A stretch of DNA of 64,000 nt from Tubiluchus corallicola (lineage: Eukaryota > Animalia > Priapulida): NCBI GenBank assembly GCA_030141605.1, contig JAQGDQ010000655.1, positions 1 through 64,000 of the forward strand, read 5' to 3'. The notes under the pieces were generated by a model, which was not told where the DNA came from, did not search any database, and saw only the letters and a program-made list of their open reading frames with translations. The position numbers and the translations under genes are program-made. Positions 12,001 to 24,930 of this stretch are shown one piece after another. Within the stretch, counting starts at the first letter, position 1. Every line of letters begins with the position of its first letter.

Positions 12001-15000
12001 CCAACGCAACGGTCATAGACCTGGGTGCCAACATTGGCTACTATACCGTGCTGGCGAGCAAAATGCAACACGACGTCGTAGCCGTAGAACCCGTGTTCGA
12101 GTCCGTGTTTCGTCTGCAAAAAGCGGTTCAGCTCAATGACGTCATGGACCGAGTGAAGGTCCTGTTAAATGCGATTTCCGGCAAACACGAGCACATGACA
12201 ATTAAGCACAAGACAGACAATCAAGGGGGGGTTAGTGTGCGTCCCATCAGTGCTTCGGAAGCCAGAAAGATCAGAAGCAAAGACAGACACAAGGTGGTGA
12301 CGTCAGTGAAGGTGGATGATCTATTGGCTTTATCAAATTTCTCCACCGCTATCGTGAAGATAGATATTGGTAAGTGAGAAAGTTTGAGGTGTAGTTGAAC
12401 ACTTTGTAGAAAAAGAATAAAACACTGTACTACATATCTGCACAAAACTGAAAAGCGTTTATTAGACTACATACACATATGTAGAATGACTGCTACACTG
12501 AACACTGAGAACAAGAGTGTCCTGCACTGATCACTGAGAGTTAGACAGTAAGTGACATGAGGATCACGGCTGCTGCACTGCACTGAGAGTGTGAGTTAGA
12601 CAGGTGTGTAGCACGACTGCTGCACTGCACTGAGAGTGTGAGTTAGACAGTAAGTGACATGAGTATCACAACTAGCATGACTTCTACACTGCACTGAGAG
12701 TGAGACAGAGAGTGACTAGAAGTAGAATCCAGTCAGTATATATAGGTATAGGTAATTATGCAAACTTGGCTTCACAAATACCATTACAGTAAAATAGGGA
12801 GAGATCCAGTGAGTATGCATATTCACTGGACCGAACAATTATACTAGGGGTGAGTTTAGCTAGTAAAATGTAAAGTGATTAGTCAATAGATGGCAGCACC
12901 TAAAAATATACAGTTACAACTTCCACAGTAAGAATTCAACGTTGCATCGTTTATTAGAACTGTCTTTGTGGAATTTGTAAATTGCCTTAAGACCAAGAAT
13001 TGCATAATCATGAATTTCTTCCATTATTAATCAATCATCTTGCGATTAAGATCATAAATAATTAATATTCAGCAAAACTGTGAATAAGAACAGTGTTTCG
13101 TCTATAAACTACCATAAATAAAACCTTCAGACAACTTCAATGTGCAGCTTAAATTGACATTTAACGTTTAATACGTGATTTCTCTCCGACGCATATTTTT
13201 CAGATCCGTCGTAGACAAACATCGGGCGTTAACTGTCCACCTGCTTGCTTAGTTCAAGTTAATTTTAATAATTTTGGGCAGGTGGCGCCACAGAATAAAA
13301 ATTAATAATGCCAATATCCTCTTCTACACAGTAGATATAAGAGGCAGAAGAAAATAATAGTATGGATTACGTTTCTCGTAAACAAATTTTTCATAGGATT
13401 ACGAAGTTATAAAGCCGTTTAGAGTGGAATTCGCGATTTATCTTTTTAAATTGTTTTCGTAGCGTGTCACCAGGGGCGCATCAACACTTTACGACGTCCT
13501 AGGTTGATAGTTCTGTCCCGCTCATTTCCGTTGAGAATTTTTGGTTGTTTATATAATGAGCAGATTAAACAACTACTTGTGGTGTATTAGAAAACCTCTT
13601 AACCTAGTTTCTACGTGGTCATTATTAATTACATGTATTTGCGTAGCGCTTATATTCAGGCAGGCAGTACAAGGCTTGTTGTGTAATACCTTGCACCTGT
13701 TCGTTATGTGGCACTTATATAAAAGCTGCTGTCAGTAACTGCCTGTGGTGTGTTATAAAGCGCGCCGTTTACATAAATATGAAAGTATGCATATTTTCCG
13801 AGGAGAATAAGTTTTTTTTCTAAAATTTGACGCCCCCTCAAAGTTTGGCACTCTAGGCTATAATCTAGTTCAGGGGTGTGCAAATTGCGGGCCACCTGAG
13901 AGAATTTGTGCGGCCCGCGAAAAGATTTGTCAACTTAATGAAAGTGCGGCCCGGGTGATTAATTGGGTGTATCCAGCTGAAGTTCGTGCCACGAACCCAA
14001 AGATGGTGCGGGTAGTTTTTTTCTACTAGATCAGATGCCATTAACCCTTACAAGACGGTTGTAGCTTAATGTCACTGTACTACACAAACTGTGTGATACG
14101 CATTACTAATATGCATTGTAACGAAATTACCACTATCTGTCCTGAAAGTAGAAATATATGGATTGTCATATTAGTTTCTTGAGTGTAGTAGTAATGATGT
14201 ACGCAGGTCGGATGCAAAAAAATCGTTATTTGTCCTTTCTGTACTTGGTTCCTTGATCAAACTGCCTGTGGCCCGCAGGAATTGCAGGAAAGTTTAATGT
14301 GGCCCGGCTAGTCAGATAATTTGCACACCCCTGGTCTAGTTAGTCTATTGGTTAATACGCCCCTGCGTGTCACTAAAGCGGAATATTTAAGATCAAAAAT
14401 CATGCTACCCGGTGTAACACTGAAATAACATTATAACAACTTTTAATTATCATACTTTTATATTTTTTATTATAAAGGGATAAAAGGGGAACAAAATAAA
14501 CAAAAAATTCTAACTAAAGTAACAACTCTAAGTACTGCTAGGAGCACCTCTGTCAGAAATCGAGGCTGTAGTGACCTCTAAACGCTTTTATACTGTCAAT
14601 CCTGGTCAGCTGGCTTTTCACACCACGTGTAGGCCCAAACAAGACGTCTGGAACTACACAGAAAAGTGTCGCTGTACCTGGAAGCAGTGCAGATCTTATG
14701 CCTGATGGGACAACATGTCTCCATAACATTATTGTAATCACCGTGCAGAGCTTTTCATTTCAGACGGAATAACACAAAGATGATTTCTAATAAATACTAA
14801 AACTTGCACGCATAATAAACGTTTTTTACGTTTCGCTTCGACTAGTTATGACAGTCAAGCCGTCGAATCGTTTTGCGGATGATTGAAACTCATCAAAAAT
14901 GTATGGACTCTGCGCCGTGCTAAGTTTATAAATTGCCTCTTTTCGCTGTATCTCCCTCCCGCATGCATCATGACTGTCACATAATGGACGCCTCGGCTCA

Positions 15001-16841
15001 TTCTGAATAATGATGAATTTTCTCTTTTCATTGCACTGGGAAGATTGTATTGGCACGCGGTAATTTGCATAAAAATTCTGCCGTTCGTGCCGCGCGCAAA
15101 ATTTGCAAACTTGATTAGAATGAAAGCGTCTAGTAACTAGGCTGACGTGCCCTTGCGATCCTAAAGTGGATAGAAATTGGAAATGCTTGGATGAAACAGA
15201 GCATGATAAATTGGTAGTCATTAGGCCTCGCAATTGGACAATATTTACTAGAGGTGGAGTTTGTTTGTCAAGATGATGAAAGTGATTGAGGAATATGGCA
15301 AGTGCAGCTTTGAAATCTATGATGATGATGATGATGACGACGATGACGACGACGACGACGACCACGACGATGGTGATGATTATAATGATCATGGTAATGG
15401 TGGTGGCGATGGTGGTAGTGATGATGATAATGATGATGATGATGACGACGACCACGACGACGACGATGGTGATGATTATAATGATCATAGTAATGGTGGT
15501 AGTGATGATGATGATGATAATGACCACGACGACACCACGACGATGGTGATGATTATAATGATCATGGTAATGGTGGTGGCGATGGTGGTAGTGATGATGA
15601 TGATGACGACGACCACGACGACGACGATGGTGATGATTATAATGATCATGGTAATGGTGGTGGCGATGGTGGTGGTGATGATGATGATGATGATAATGAC
15701 GACGACGACGACGACGATGATGATGACAAGAATGATGATGACGAGCAAGAGGAGAAAATAGTTGGAAAGTAACAAGAATTTTGTTAAACGACAAGAAAAG
15801 CAGTTACTTACACAAAGCTAAAAAAATCGTCTTGAAATTTTATACCAGTTGCATGCTGTTTTATTGCAAAAACAGCTAGGGTTAGCAGTAACGCTGTATA
15901 AAACTTGTATATAACTCCCGCGATGACCGTTGGGTGCAGACATTTTGACGGTAAGTCGTTTGTAACAAAATCTTATTTTCTTTAAAGATTTTAACTATAT
16001 CTTTCAAGATATTAGCCGCATCTTTCAATATCTTAGCTACATCTTTCAAGATCTTAGCTACATCTTTCAAGATCTTAACTGCATCTTTCAATATCTTAGC
16101 TACATCTTTCAAGTTCTTAGCTGCATCTTTCAAGGTCTTAACTTCATCTTTCAATATCTTAGCTACATCTTTCAAGTTCTTAGCTGCATCTTTCAAGGTT
16201 CTTAGCTATATCTAATGAATGTCAGTGATGAAATCCGAGAGAACACAGCTTCTGAGGAAGAAATAAAGAATTTTTGAGATGTATGGACATTTTAACCTCT
16301 CACTTTCTAACAAGTTTATACAACTATCTTGAACTTGTTAAATTATTAAGAATTTTCATTTTCAGTTACATATGTTTTTAAAACAGGGAAGCATAATGCA
16401 AAATAATATGCCTTTTTGTGGAAAGTTTTTTGAGACGTATTTTACAATTCCGTTTTCTTCCCATTTAAAGCGCTACATCAAGCCAGACCAATGATATTCT
16501 CCAAAGGCTTGAAAATGGTTGATGATTTTCTTTTGTTTTTTCCTTCTCTAGAGGGATATGAATGTAAAGCGATCCAATCGGCGACAGAGTTCTTCCATTC
16601 CGTTTACGTTCCGTACGTGTTCACCGAGTGGGCGGTCATGTTCCAACACAGACATCTGTCCAACACACCATGTTCCGTGAACGCTATGTCTCGGGCAGCT
16701 GCCATGTTGACTCAGTACGGGTACAAGCCTTATTTGGTAAAAACAGGGAGACGTCTAGACGCAGGTGGCGCCACGGAGCAATGGAGGAGCGTGGGAGATA
16801 TTTGTTGGAAGCACCACGATGCCCTAGAACTGGGATTATAA
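9085..16841 (+). CDS. FkbM-family (Methyltransf_21) SAM-dependent methyltransferase with N-terminal signal anchor, 346 aa, 4 exons
   Basis: Exons 9085-9121, 10446-10573, 11784-12369 and 16552-16841; all GT-AG and phase-compatible (1041 nt). Motifs: VIDLGANIGYY (SAM binding), VVAVEP, and KIDI/EGYE joined across the last intron. N-terminus MLRPRMEAAYLSVFFSTSFLMLLIIAHV. Exons 3-4 are secure; exons 1-2 are inferred from phase and hydrophobicity. Confidence 0.85.
9385..9610. repeat. Compound pentanucleotide microsatellite (CCCTT/CACCT/ATCTT/CTTAC)
   Basis: Direct inspection. Confidence 0.95.
9855..10205. repeat. ~29-bp minisatellite (tgtgacttttttcctgtgacttttttatg), about 12 copies, inside a MITE-like element
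   Basis: Direct inspection; the element ends in ccggattc like 2655-2860. Confidence 0.9.
11784..12369 (+). CDS. FkbM methyltransferase catalytic exon (exon 3)
   Basis: tttttag|GACTCAGTG acceptor and ATTG|gtaagt donor; encodes ISTMLYQEGLWEP and DLGANIGYY. Confidence 0.92.
12735..12930 (+). repeat. Interspersed repeat with an inverted homologue at ~60575-60722
   Basis: agggagagatccagtg...tattcactggacc...agatggcagcacc matches the reverse complement of 60604-60706. Confidence 0.65.
13871..14333. mobile_element. hAT (Charlie-type) MITE
   Basis: TIRs CAGGGGTGTGCAAATT / AATTTGCACACCCCTG; 8-bp TSD atctagtt / gtctagtt; subterminal gcggccc motifs. Confidence 0.9.
15318..15745. repeat. Compound trinucleotide microsatellite (GAT/GAC/GGT) with higher-order repetition, in FkbM intron 3
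   Basis: Direct inspection; source of the poly-D/H/M/I ORFs. Confidence 0.95.
15980..16212. repeat. 21-bp minisatellite (atctttcaagatcttagctac), about 11 copies
   Basis: Direct inspection; source of the KDAAKIL-repeat ORF. Confidence 0.92.
16552..16841 (+). CDS. FkbM methyltransferase last exon
   Basis: ttctctag|AGGGATATGAA completes KIDIEGYE; VPYVFTEW...YGYKPY...GDICWKH followed by TAA. Confidence 0.9.
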
Positions 16842-17209
16842 GACCGAAGCACTGAGATTTAAGATCTAGTGTTGTTTTTACGCTACCTCGTAGGTTATTT
16901 AGGTTAAACTTTTGTGGTATCCATTCCCACAAGAAACTGTTACACCGGTGACTGTACTGACACTAATTTGTTTTGTAAGATAACAAGATAAATGTCTTAC
17001 CAGAATGGCAATGGTATTGTATGGACAAGCACATGCTGTAGAACCTGCTGTGAATGGAACATGGAAAGATCTTGAGCGGGACTTTTTATTTATGTTACCA
17101 CTTGTTTTGTATGCAATATTGTATTTATTTTTCACATATTAAACACTTTTTATTGCTCTTGGTGTTGTCGTTGTTGTAACAGTTGTAGTAGCTGATATAA
17201 GGTATCAAT

Positions 17210-17515
17210 AGTGATGGTGTTTGGGATCACGGTTTCTCGGTGATGGTGTTTGGGATCACGGTTTCACGGTGATGGTGTTTGGGAGCATGGTTTCACGGTG
17301 ATGGTGTTTGGGATCACGGTTTCACGGTGATGGTGTTTGGGAGCTTGGTTTCACGGTGATGGTGTTTGGGAGCATGGTTTCATGGTGATGGTGTTTGGGA
17401 GCATGGTTTCGCGGTGATGGTGTTTGGGAGCATGGTTTCATGGTGATGGTGTTTGAAGAGCATGGTTTCGCGGTGATGGTTTTTGGGAGCATGGTTTCGC
17501 AGTGATGGTGTTTGG
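17210..17515. repeat. 29-bp minisatellite (ggtgatggtgtttgggagcatggtttcac), about 10 copies
   Basis: Direct inspection; abuts the MITE family C fragment. Confidence 0.92.
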
Positions 17516-17836
17516 CGTGATAACCATGATCATGAACTGCGATGTTAGTTTCTGATGTCATGTAACGTAGAGCCCATTTTCGTGACATCACGCATTTAAG
17601 CGGCACTGTAACACTTACGCAAACGTGCTTGACGGGCAAGGGAAGACGCCTGCCATTGTACAAGCTGCAATTAGTTTCTGACGTAAGTAATAGCTGCGTT
17701 CGGTTGCCGTTAATTAACTTTCCAAGCGAATTATTCAAATATAAGAAAGAATTGCTAAGTTTTGTATGCAAGAAAATGTGTATTTTGGACAGTAAATTAA
17801 AATAAGATTGAGTCTAAACAATCGTCCAGTCTTCCT
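17516..17836 (-). mobile_element. Partial MITE family C (Kolobok-like)
   Basis: Reverse-complement homology to 53002-53320; ends ACAATCGTCCAGTCTTCCT|TTAA. Confidence 0.75.
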
Positions 17837-19024
17837 TTAATAGTGAGATGGCAGCAGGGCCTAAAGTGATTGCAAGAGTCATAACAGAGGACGTGTGACT
17901 CAAGAAACGAAAATGGCAGCCCGTAATGCTCTGAAAAATATCTGTTTGTTAGCAAAAATAACGACAACAATTTTATTAGTACATATATGTTTCTGTGTAT
18001 AATCTTTGGTTTATTGGTACTCTCAATAATGGATGTCAAACTTATTAAAACTTACTGATCTTTTCTGTGATTAGATGTACGCTCTTAAATGTACAACAAT
18101 AATAAATTTCTCAGTCATTATAATTGATAAAAACAAGTGAACATCCTATCATTAATATCCTGTTTTCAACGAACTTGGCTGCAACATGCTCTTCCAGCTT
18201 TTCCATGTCTTTGTGGAATTCTCTGCACATTTTGATTTTTGATTCACAAGACCTTAAACTTCCATTAAACAGATATCTTCGCTTCATTTCTCCTATTGTC
18301 ATATATACTCCAAAGGGACGTCTTTCAATTCACACCATCTTTCATTCCTGCACTCCAAATGCTCGCCATTTCTTGTCAAGTCATTTGTCGTGTGTTGAAA
18401 TATGAGTTAATATCCTGCGAGGAATTGACGCAAAAGTGGCTCTTTAATTTTGAAAAGATATTGCGTTATGAGTTTCAATTTTGCTAACACGGCAGCCATA
18501 TTTCAGTCCGTGTCTCTCCGTAGCAAATTTCATAATGATTTATTAAATCAAGATTGATGGCATTGCGACCCGCTGAAATTTAACAGCGGCGCTGTTATGT
18601 ACAGAAAGCCTTCACTATTTGATTCATGTTCCAAAGTCGTTTATTCTAAAGAGAATAATAAAGAGAACATTAACAAGTAAGAAAATAAATAGAATGATAA
18701 ACAGAAGCTTAATAATTACGAAGAAGTCAACTTATTGGCAAAAGTACTTTCTCAAATTTCAGAGATTGAATTCATAACTTAATTAAATTTTTAAATTCAT
18801 GTAACTTACATCGTTGGCTCTTCGTCAAGATTTAAAATTTCTCAAAGTACAAAATTTGGTTATAACTAAACGATGTTATTAACTATAACACAATAACGAC
18901 AAAAACATTGCTGTGAATAAAACGCGACCATCATTGTTCTCCTCCTGTCCTTTTCTCCTCACTCGTAGAGGGCAGCACCTTCCAATAAATAAGTGTCGTT
19001 ATGCATGCTGTAGTTACACTATGG

Positions 19025-19180
19025 AACAGTGTCCTACGTGCGCGATTCGAGAACAACGATGGTAAAGTACATGTCTCCTTCATCTTGGGCAAATCACGCT
19101 TGGCACCTATGAGGGGTATGACAATTCCCAGACTGGAGCTTTCTGCAGCCATGCTATCAGCTAGAGTAATTTCTAATGTT
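19025..19180 (+). mobile_element. BEL/Pao LTR retrotransposon pol fragment (RNase H / Peptidase_A17 region)
   Basis: LRARFENNDGKVHVSFILGKSRLAPMRGMTIPRLELSAAMLSARV carries the characteristic KSRxAP..TIPRLEL motif. Confidence 0.88.
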
Positions 19181-19249
19181 GAAGAACTTCATTATTTCTT
19201 TTTAGGAGATTGTAGTAATCAATGGTTAAGCACAAAGCGTTTATTGTCT

Positions 19250-19845
19250 CTTTTGTAAATAAAGATTTTGATTGATTTAATATTTTATTTCAAACTTCAC
19301 AAAGTTCATAAACACATCACAAATTAATACAAATAATACAATAAATCATGAAACACAACAATAACATATATAACAATTAACGATATAACAAACTACGCCA
19401 ATGACATCTAATTACAGAAGTAGAATTTACATCACTGTTTAAAATGTTCTTGCATATAAAATTTTCACTGTTATTCAGCCTGACTTATGAACTGTATGCA
19501 CATTTTCTGTGAATAACATCAAAGTAAATAATATTAAGTCTAGTAGAAATATATCTTGCGCTCGTATCATATGAAAAATTAAACAGCTTCCGTGTTGATA
19601 CATTATATGCAACCTTGAATTTGCTAAGATTGTAAGAATAAAAATGTCTCCAAGAAGACATACAATAAAAAGTAGTGCAGTAAGCATTAAACAATTGTCT
19701 CTTCACGTTAAATGAACAGTGATTAAATTTCATGAGTAATTTATTTGCTCTACCATAGTAAATTGAACATTGTCGTAATATATCTAAATCATCTCTATTG
19801 TCTTCTGATAAAATATGACCCAGATATTTTTCCTTTTTAAAGAGC
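19250..19845 (-). mobile_element. Non-LTR retrotransposon reverse-transcriptase C-terminal relic
   Basis: EKYLGHILSEDNRDDLDILRQC..YGRANKLLMKFNHCSFNVKRQLFNAYCTTFYC: KYLG thumb region typical of RTE-X/L2-like LINEs. Confidence 0.78.
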
Positions 19846-19901
19846 AATACCAGGACACGTGCATTGAATAACACTATGATACCGGTTGTACCCATGATTA
19901 A

Positions 19902-20510
19902 AGCAAAACCAATCTTAAGCTGTAGGTCAAAACAATCAATTGAAAGGAAACACACTATTTTTTCAAAAATGAGTTACGTGAAATAATTATTACCACACGA
20001 ACGCTCACGTTCGCACCACTAGTTCTTTACTGTTACATGCATTTCGCCATTTGCTAGTTAGACAAGCACTTACGCCTGCATGTCGGAAACGCATAGCACA
20101 AAAAACAGGCGCTGTACCTCTCAGTTCAGATGTGCTAGTTTGTGACGAACTGTACATGTTCGACAGCTCATGCGTGAGCACAGCGGAAAATTAGAAATTT
20201 GAATTTTTATTTTAAAATTTGCCTAGTTTTAGTACAGCACACTGGATATCTTAAATTTAAAATTTACCGAGCTTTTGGAAATCACGCTGAGTATACAGTA
20301 GCACTGTACTTCAATTTTTGCTTTCGTAAACACGTGCATCACGCTCGTGGAATATTTTTGTTTTTGAAAAGTATGTCAGTTTGTGATTTCATGTGTAGTT
20401 GGGGGGCTCGCCTGCCCTTAACTAAGTTTTTAATCTACTATTTAATTATCAGAAACGCTTTTGCAGCATTATTGTGTTAAGATGTATGCTTTTTACCGGA
20501 TTTGAAAACG
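19902..20510 (+). mobile_element. MITE family B copy
   Basis: TTAA|AGCAAAACC start; colinear with 6740-7330. Confidence 0.7.
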
Positions 20511-20843
20511 GGGTACTATATGAAAAATCATCCTTACTTCTCTTTAAGAAAACCGAAAAGTGACGCGTCATTAGGGTAAGATAGTGACGATGTAATCAAT
20601 AATCTCAGCAAATTATTTAAGCACTTAGCCAACTTAATCAATGCATTTTTCATACATGGCTATTTGTCCGCGTTATTTGTGCACAAGAAGGAGTTACGTA
20701 AACGGGAGACGCGCTAGGATCTCTCGTCATAATTGTAAACCCGGAGAGGTTTCATAGCAACAAAACAAGATACTGCGAGTTTTAAACTGCGAAAGGAAGA
20801 GAAAAGACGCATTTATTTCTCGCTTTATTTAAAGTTATTTGAG

Positions 20844-22028
20844 GTGGTTACAATGGAGATTACAATAGAGATTATATTAGGTACGTTTTTTCATTCTAAT
20901 AATAACCCTGAAAACCTACAGTTTTATACTCTGCACGTATATATCAATTGTTCACCGTTTTTCCAACACGCGCGAACAAGTTCGGCAACTGTCTTAGTGG
21001 CTAATTATTATGTTTTTGTCCCTCACTTCCTACTTCCGCTCTGACAAATCCACGTGTTTGGCTGATCAACAGACAATACCACTTCTAAAAATTGGCTTGA
21101 CCTCATAACCGGTGTGCGTCGTTGCGGGACCCTACCTCTCATGTGACCGAGCTGCGTGTAAGCTAACGTTGTTCTTACTTGCAGAGAAGACCTGAATACT
21201 GCATGCATGAAACAGTTATTGACTTACGAATCATTTACTGATCTGTCAGGTTATAAGCCACCAGCGCATTGGACATTTAGGCAATGGTCACTTGGGCAGT
21301 TGGACACTCCAGCGGTAGCCAAACATATGGGCTGAATGAGATTTGGGCAGTGAGGGGAGTCAGGGGGGTGAACACTTAGGCAGTACCACTTAGCAGCTGA
21401 CATTTGGGCAACGGGCAGCACACTTGGGCAGTGACACTTGAGCAGTGAAAACGTTAAGAAGTACAAGTGGTGCAGAAAATTTTCAGAGGAGTACTAGCTA
21501 CCTACCTACCTACCTACCTATCTGATTACATAATTTCCTTCCTACCTACCTACCTGCCTACCTACCTACCTATCTAACTTACTTACCTACCTATTTACCT
21601 ACCCACCTATATACCTGCTGTCTACCTACCTACCTAACCTACCTACCTACCTACTTAACATTAGGGTACCTACTATTTATATACCAAATGATCCACCTCA
21701 CCTACCTACCGACCTGCTTACCTACTTACTTACCTACCTATTTACCTACCAACGTACCTACCTACCTGCCTGCCTATCTACCTAAAAACCCACCCACCCA
21801 GCCACCTACCTGCCTACCTACCCACCTGCCGACTGATCGACCAACAGAAAGAGTGACCGACCTGCCTACCTACCTACCTACCTACCTACCTACCTACCTA
21901 CCTACCTACCTACCTACCTACCTACCTACCTACCTACTTACCGACCTACCTTCCTTCTTAGCTGACTATAGTTAATTATATAATTATTGTTTAATTGTGA
22001 AAATTAATAGTCGTATACTAATCATCTA

Positions 22029-22066
<38 letters not shown>

Positions 22067-24296
22067 GACTGACTGACTGACTGACTGACTGACTGACTGA
22101 CTTACTTACTTACTTACTTACTTAATTACTTACTTACTTACTTACCTACTTACCTACTCATTCACTCACTCACTCACTCACTCACTCACTCACTCACTCA
22201 CGCACTTGCTTATTGACTGGCTGGCTGGTTGACTGACTTACTAAAGAACAAAACAAAATACTGTAGAATAAACGCAATGGCAAAAATAGATCACAATAGA
22301 AGTAGTATAGTATAGAATAGCTTGACGTGTGACGGAAACGAAGTTAACAGAATAATGTTTTCATACCTTGTTGCCTTGTATGAATATATCTAAACAGTTT
22401 TAGGCAAGTGGATTGTCAAGGGTGTAGGCAGGCAGGTAGGTAGATAAATAGATAGGTATATGGGTAGGTAGATAGGTAAGTAGGTAGGAAGGTAGGCAAG
22501 CAGGAGATTTATATAATTCATGATTAATTAAAAATTATTAATTACTCATAATCCAAGTTTGATTTTTTAATGTTAATGCTTATAGTCTTGCTACAGCCGA
22601 TGCGCTTTTGCGATGTAAATTATAACGGACTCATTCTTTGTTTTGCGGACTTTGAATGTACATTACCGACTGTCCTATCGGTAAAAATAGAACATTTCTA
22701 TTTTATAATAAGAGCTAAATTATTTACTTTTTCAGCCTACAAGCTGGGCATTGGTGCTCTGGGATTAGCCATAGTCGTTATAACATCGATCCTGATTTAT
22801 TTATGGTAAGTATCGACAACTAAAAGAAGCACGATTTGTTTTAATATTTAAATACTGCTAATATATGAAAAAAGATTCTTGCCCGATGTATGTCCGTTCC
22901 AAACACCTATATGTTTAACGCAAACCTGCGCCAAGGAGGGTGGAATCAGACGCCAGTCGAGCTGTTGGGTAAAGAAACCGCGTATGTTTTGAACTAATAA
23001 GCAAGTATTATAATTATAAGCAGCCAATGACCAACTGGTGGTATCTTTAGGATAAATAGGGTAAATGCTCCTGTAGTCGAATTCTGTTTTAAAAATCGAA
23101 GTGATGGGATAATGTGGATGTGCAACCCATCCTGAGAGGTGACACCGAGTAGAATCGTTTCGTTAGGCAATTATCAACCAATGAGAGTTATAATTCAGAT
23201 TTTGACATGACGTTGCAGCTCTTGTTTGAACTTTATCATTTAGTTATAATCCTGTAGGAGCAAAATTGGGCTGAGTTTGCTGGGTTGCACACACCTTATT
23301 AGTCTGGTAGATTTCCCCTTTTCATCCTTCCCTTTCCAGCCTTATTTTTAAAGTTTTCAACTGTGGCCAGTGGTAAGTTTTAGATGAAGTTACAGACTCT
23401 TAATCTGTTTTCTTACGTTCAGTACATGGAGCCACATATGTCAGGGCAGCTTCATCTTCAGGTGACAAAATTTCCTGCCCACCCTGTAGAAAGTTTTATA
23501 CGTTTCTAACAGCAATTAATGTGTAATTATGCGCTCATTAATTTAGGTGTGGTGGAAGATGGAAAAGAAGGTCATCGTGGGATCTTGAACTTGAAGGCTG
23601 CTGCGATGAAGGATCCCACACTGGTATCTTGTTTTTGTTTTTGCATATATCATGTTTGCTATTTAAACTTCTTACTTTTGTAAACCCTATAATGTGATGC
23701 TACGTTTATTGGTTTTTTTAAGGTTGGTTTGCTGATACATTGATTTCTAGTATGTTTATTCAAGCAGCTAGATAATTTATTATATATACTCTATAATCTA
23801 AACATCTTATACATGTCCTTCAAAAATACTGTCTTGTATGGTTTTATGATGTTCTTGTATAATTGCAACCTCTTTTTTGCGTTTGTGTTTGATGTGTGTG
23901 GCAGTGAATAAACGAATGAGTAATTAAATAAATTATTGTGTTAAAATAGGTTCATGCACATCTTCGTGAATAGTTTTTTCTTTTCATTTTAGACGAAGCT
24001 ATTGAGACTCTAAGTTCTGTGCATGGACAGCCAAAGAAGCAAAACTTTTGGCTTAAAGATCGAGCAATATACAAGTACGTGTTCCAAGATCTGAAGGATG
24101 AAAAGTACATGTACGTTTCATTTAAAATTTTTATCATAATAATTTATTACAATGCATAATATTAACAACATATGCATTAATATGTACAACACCATCAATG
24201 TTGTGTTTCAAATTGTGTTACAGACTGGCAAAATGGAGGGCAATGTACAACCCGAGCGCACACCTCTTCTTCGAAAACGAAGTGAATGGAATTTGA
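20844..24296 (+). CDS. Uncharacterised single-pass membrane protein, copy 1 (homologue of first exon missing; possibly 5'-truncated or a pseudogene)
   Basis: Exons 20844-20880, 21185-21249, 22736-22805, 23423-23461, 23547-23623, 23993-24110 and 24224-24296 splice GT-AG into one open frame: [158 protein letters not shown]. Confidence 0.62.
21497..22240. repeat. CCTA/CTTA/CTGA/CTCA microsatellite mosaic (intron; duplicated at 26705-27385)
   Basis: Direct inspection. Confidence 0.92.
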
Positions 24297-24834
24297 TATT
24301 TTTTTGTCATTTTTTTGCCTTTGTTAACTGTATATAATTAGTTGATGTATACATTTATTCAAATAACAATTACCTTATCACCAGTTATTCAAGTCAGGTA
24401 TTTTGCCCACATATTGTACTTTTCGTACGATCAAATGTAAACACCGAATGACCTGACACATTGGCCTGCTATGAGAGAACTCCAGTCGAGATATCCCTGA
24501 ATTTTCATACATCACTGAACCGTCCAGTGAATTGAAAACTGATCGTAAGCAGACACAGCAGAGTGTTTAGTCGTATACTGCCCTTACAGGCATTTATTTA
24601 AACGAAATACTTTATGATGGTAACTGTTTGTGGTGTGTAAGGCGACTGACTTATTTAACCTTTATGGGATTTTAGCTCATCATCATTCATTCAACTTTAC
24701 AACAGTCCCACACAAACGATGAGGTTCCTAGTTCGCACTGAACACCTTTGCCTTTAACAGTTGTGTGAATTTTATCCTCGTGTTGCAGTGTTCTTATATG
24801 CTTTTATGCTTATGAATATCAGTTTTTTTAATTG

Positions 24835-24837
<3 letters not shown>

Positions 24838-24927
<90 letters not shown>

Positions 24928-24930
24928 CGA
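24838..24930. repeat. (CA)n-(GCAC)n microsatellite
   Basis: Direct inspection. Confidence 0.95.

Larger units (their letters stand above)
20695..24675 (+). repeat. Segmental tandem duplication, copy 1 (~4 kb)
   Basis: Colinear with 25940-30005 at high identity, including exons, introns and microsatellite mosaics. Confidence 0.95.

Noticed and set aside
11784-12369. Bacterial contamination or recent horizontal transfer of FkbM
   Set aside because: The gene is split by spliceosomal introns and embedded among host repeats.
14826-15794. Poly-His/Asp/Met ORFs resembling metal-binding or biomineralisation proteins
   Set aside because: Trinucleotide repeats open in several frames that shift register within the array; they lie in an intron with no convincing splice sites.
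15882-16196. KDAAKIL heptad coiled-coil ORF
   Set aside because: A 21-bp minisatellite embedded in a MITE fragment.
24152-24337. ORF-track frame [13 protein letters not shown] for the last exon of the duplicated gene
   Set aside because: Splice phase and synonymous substitutions between copies favour the [12 protein letters not shown] frame.
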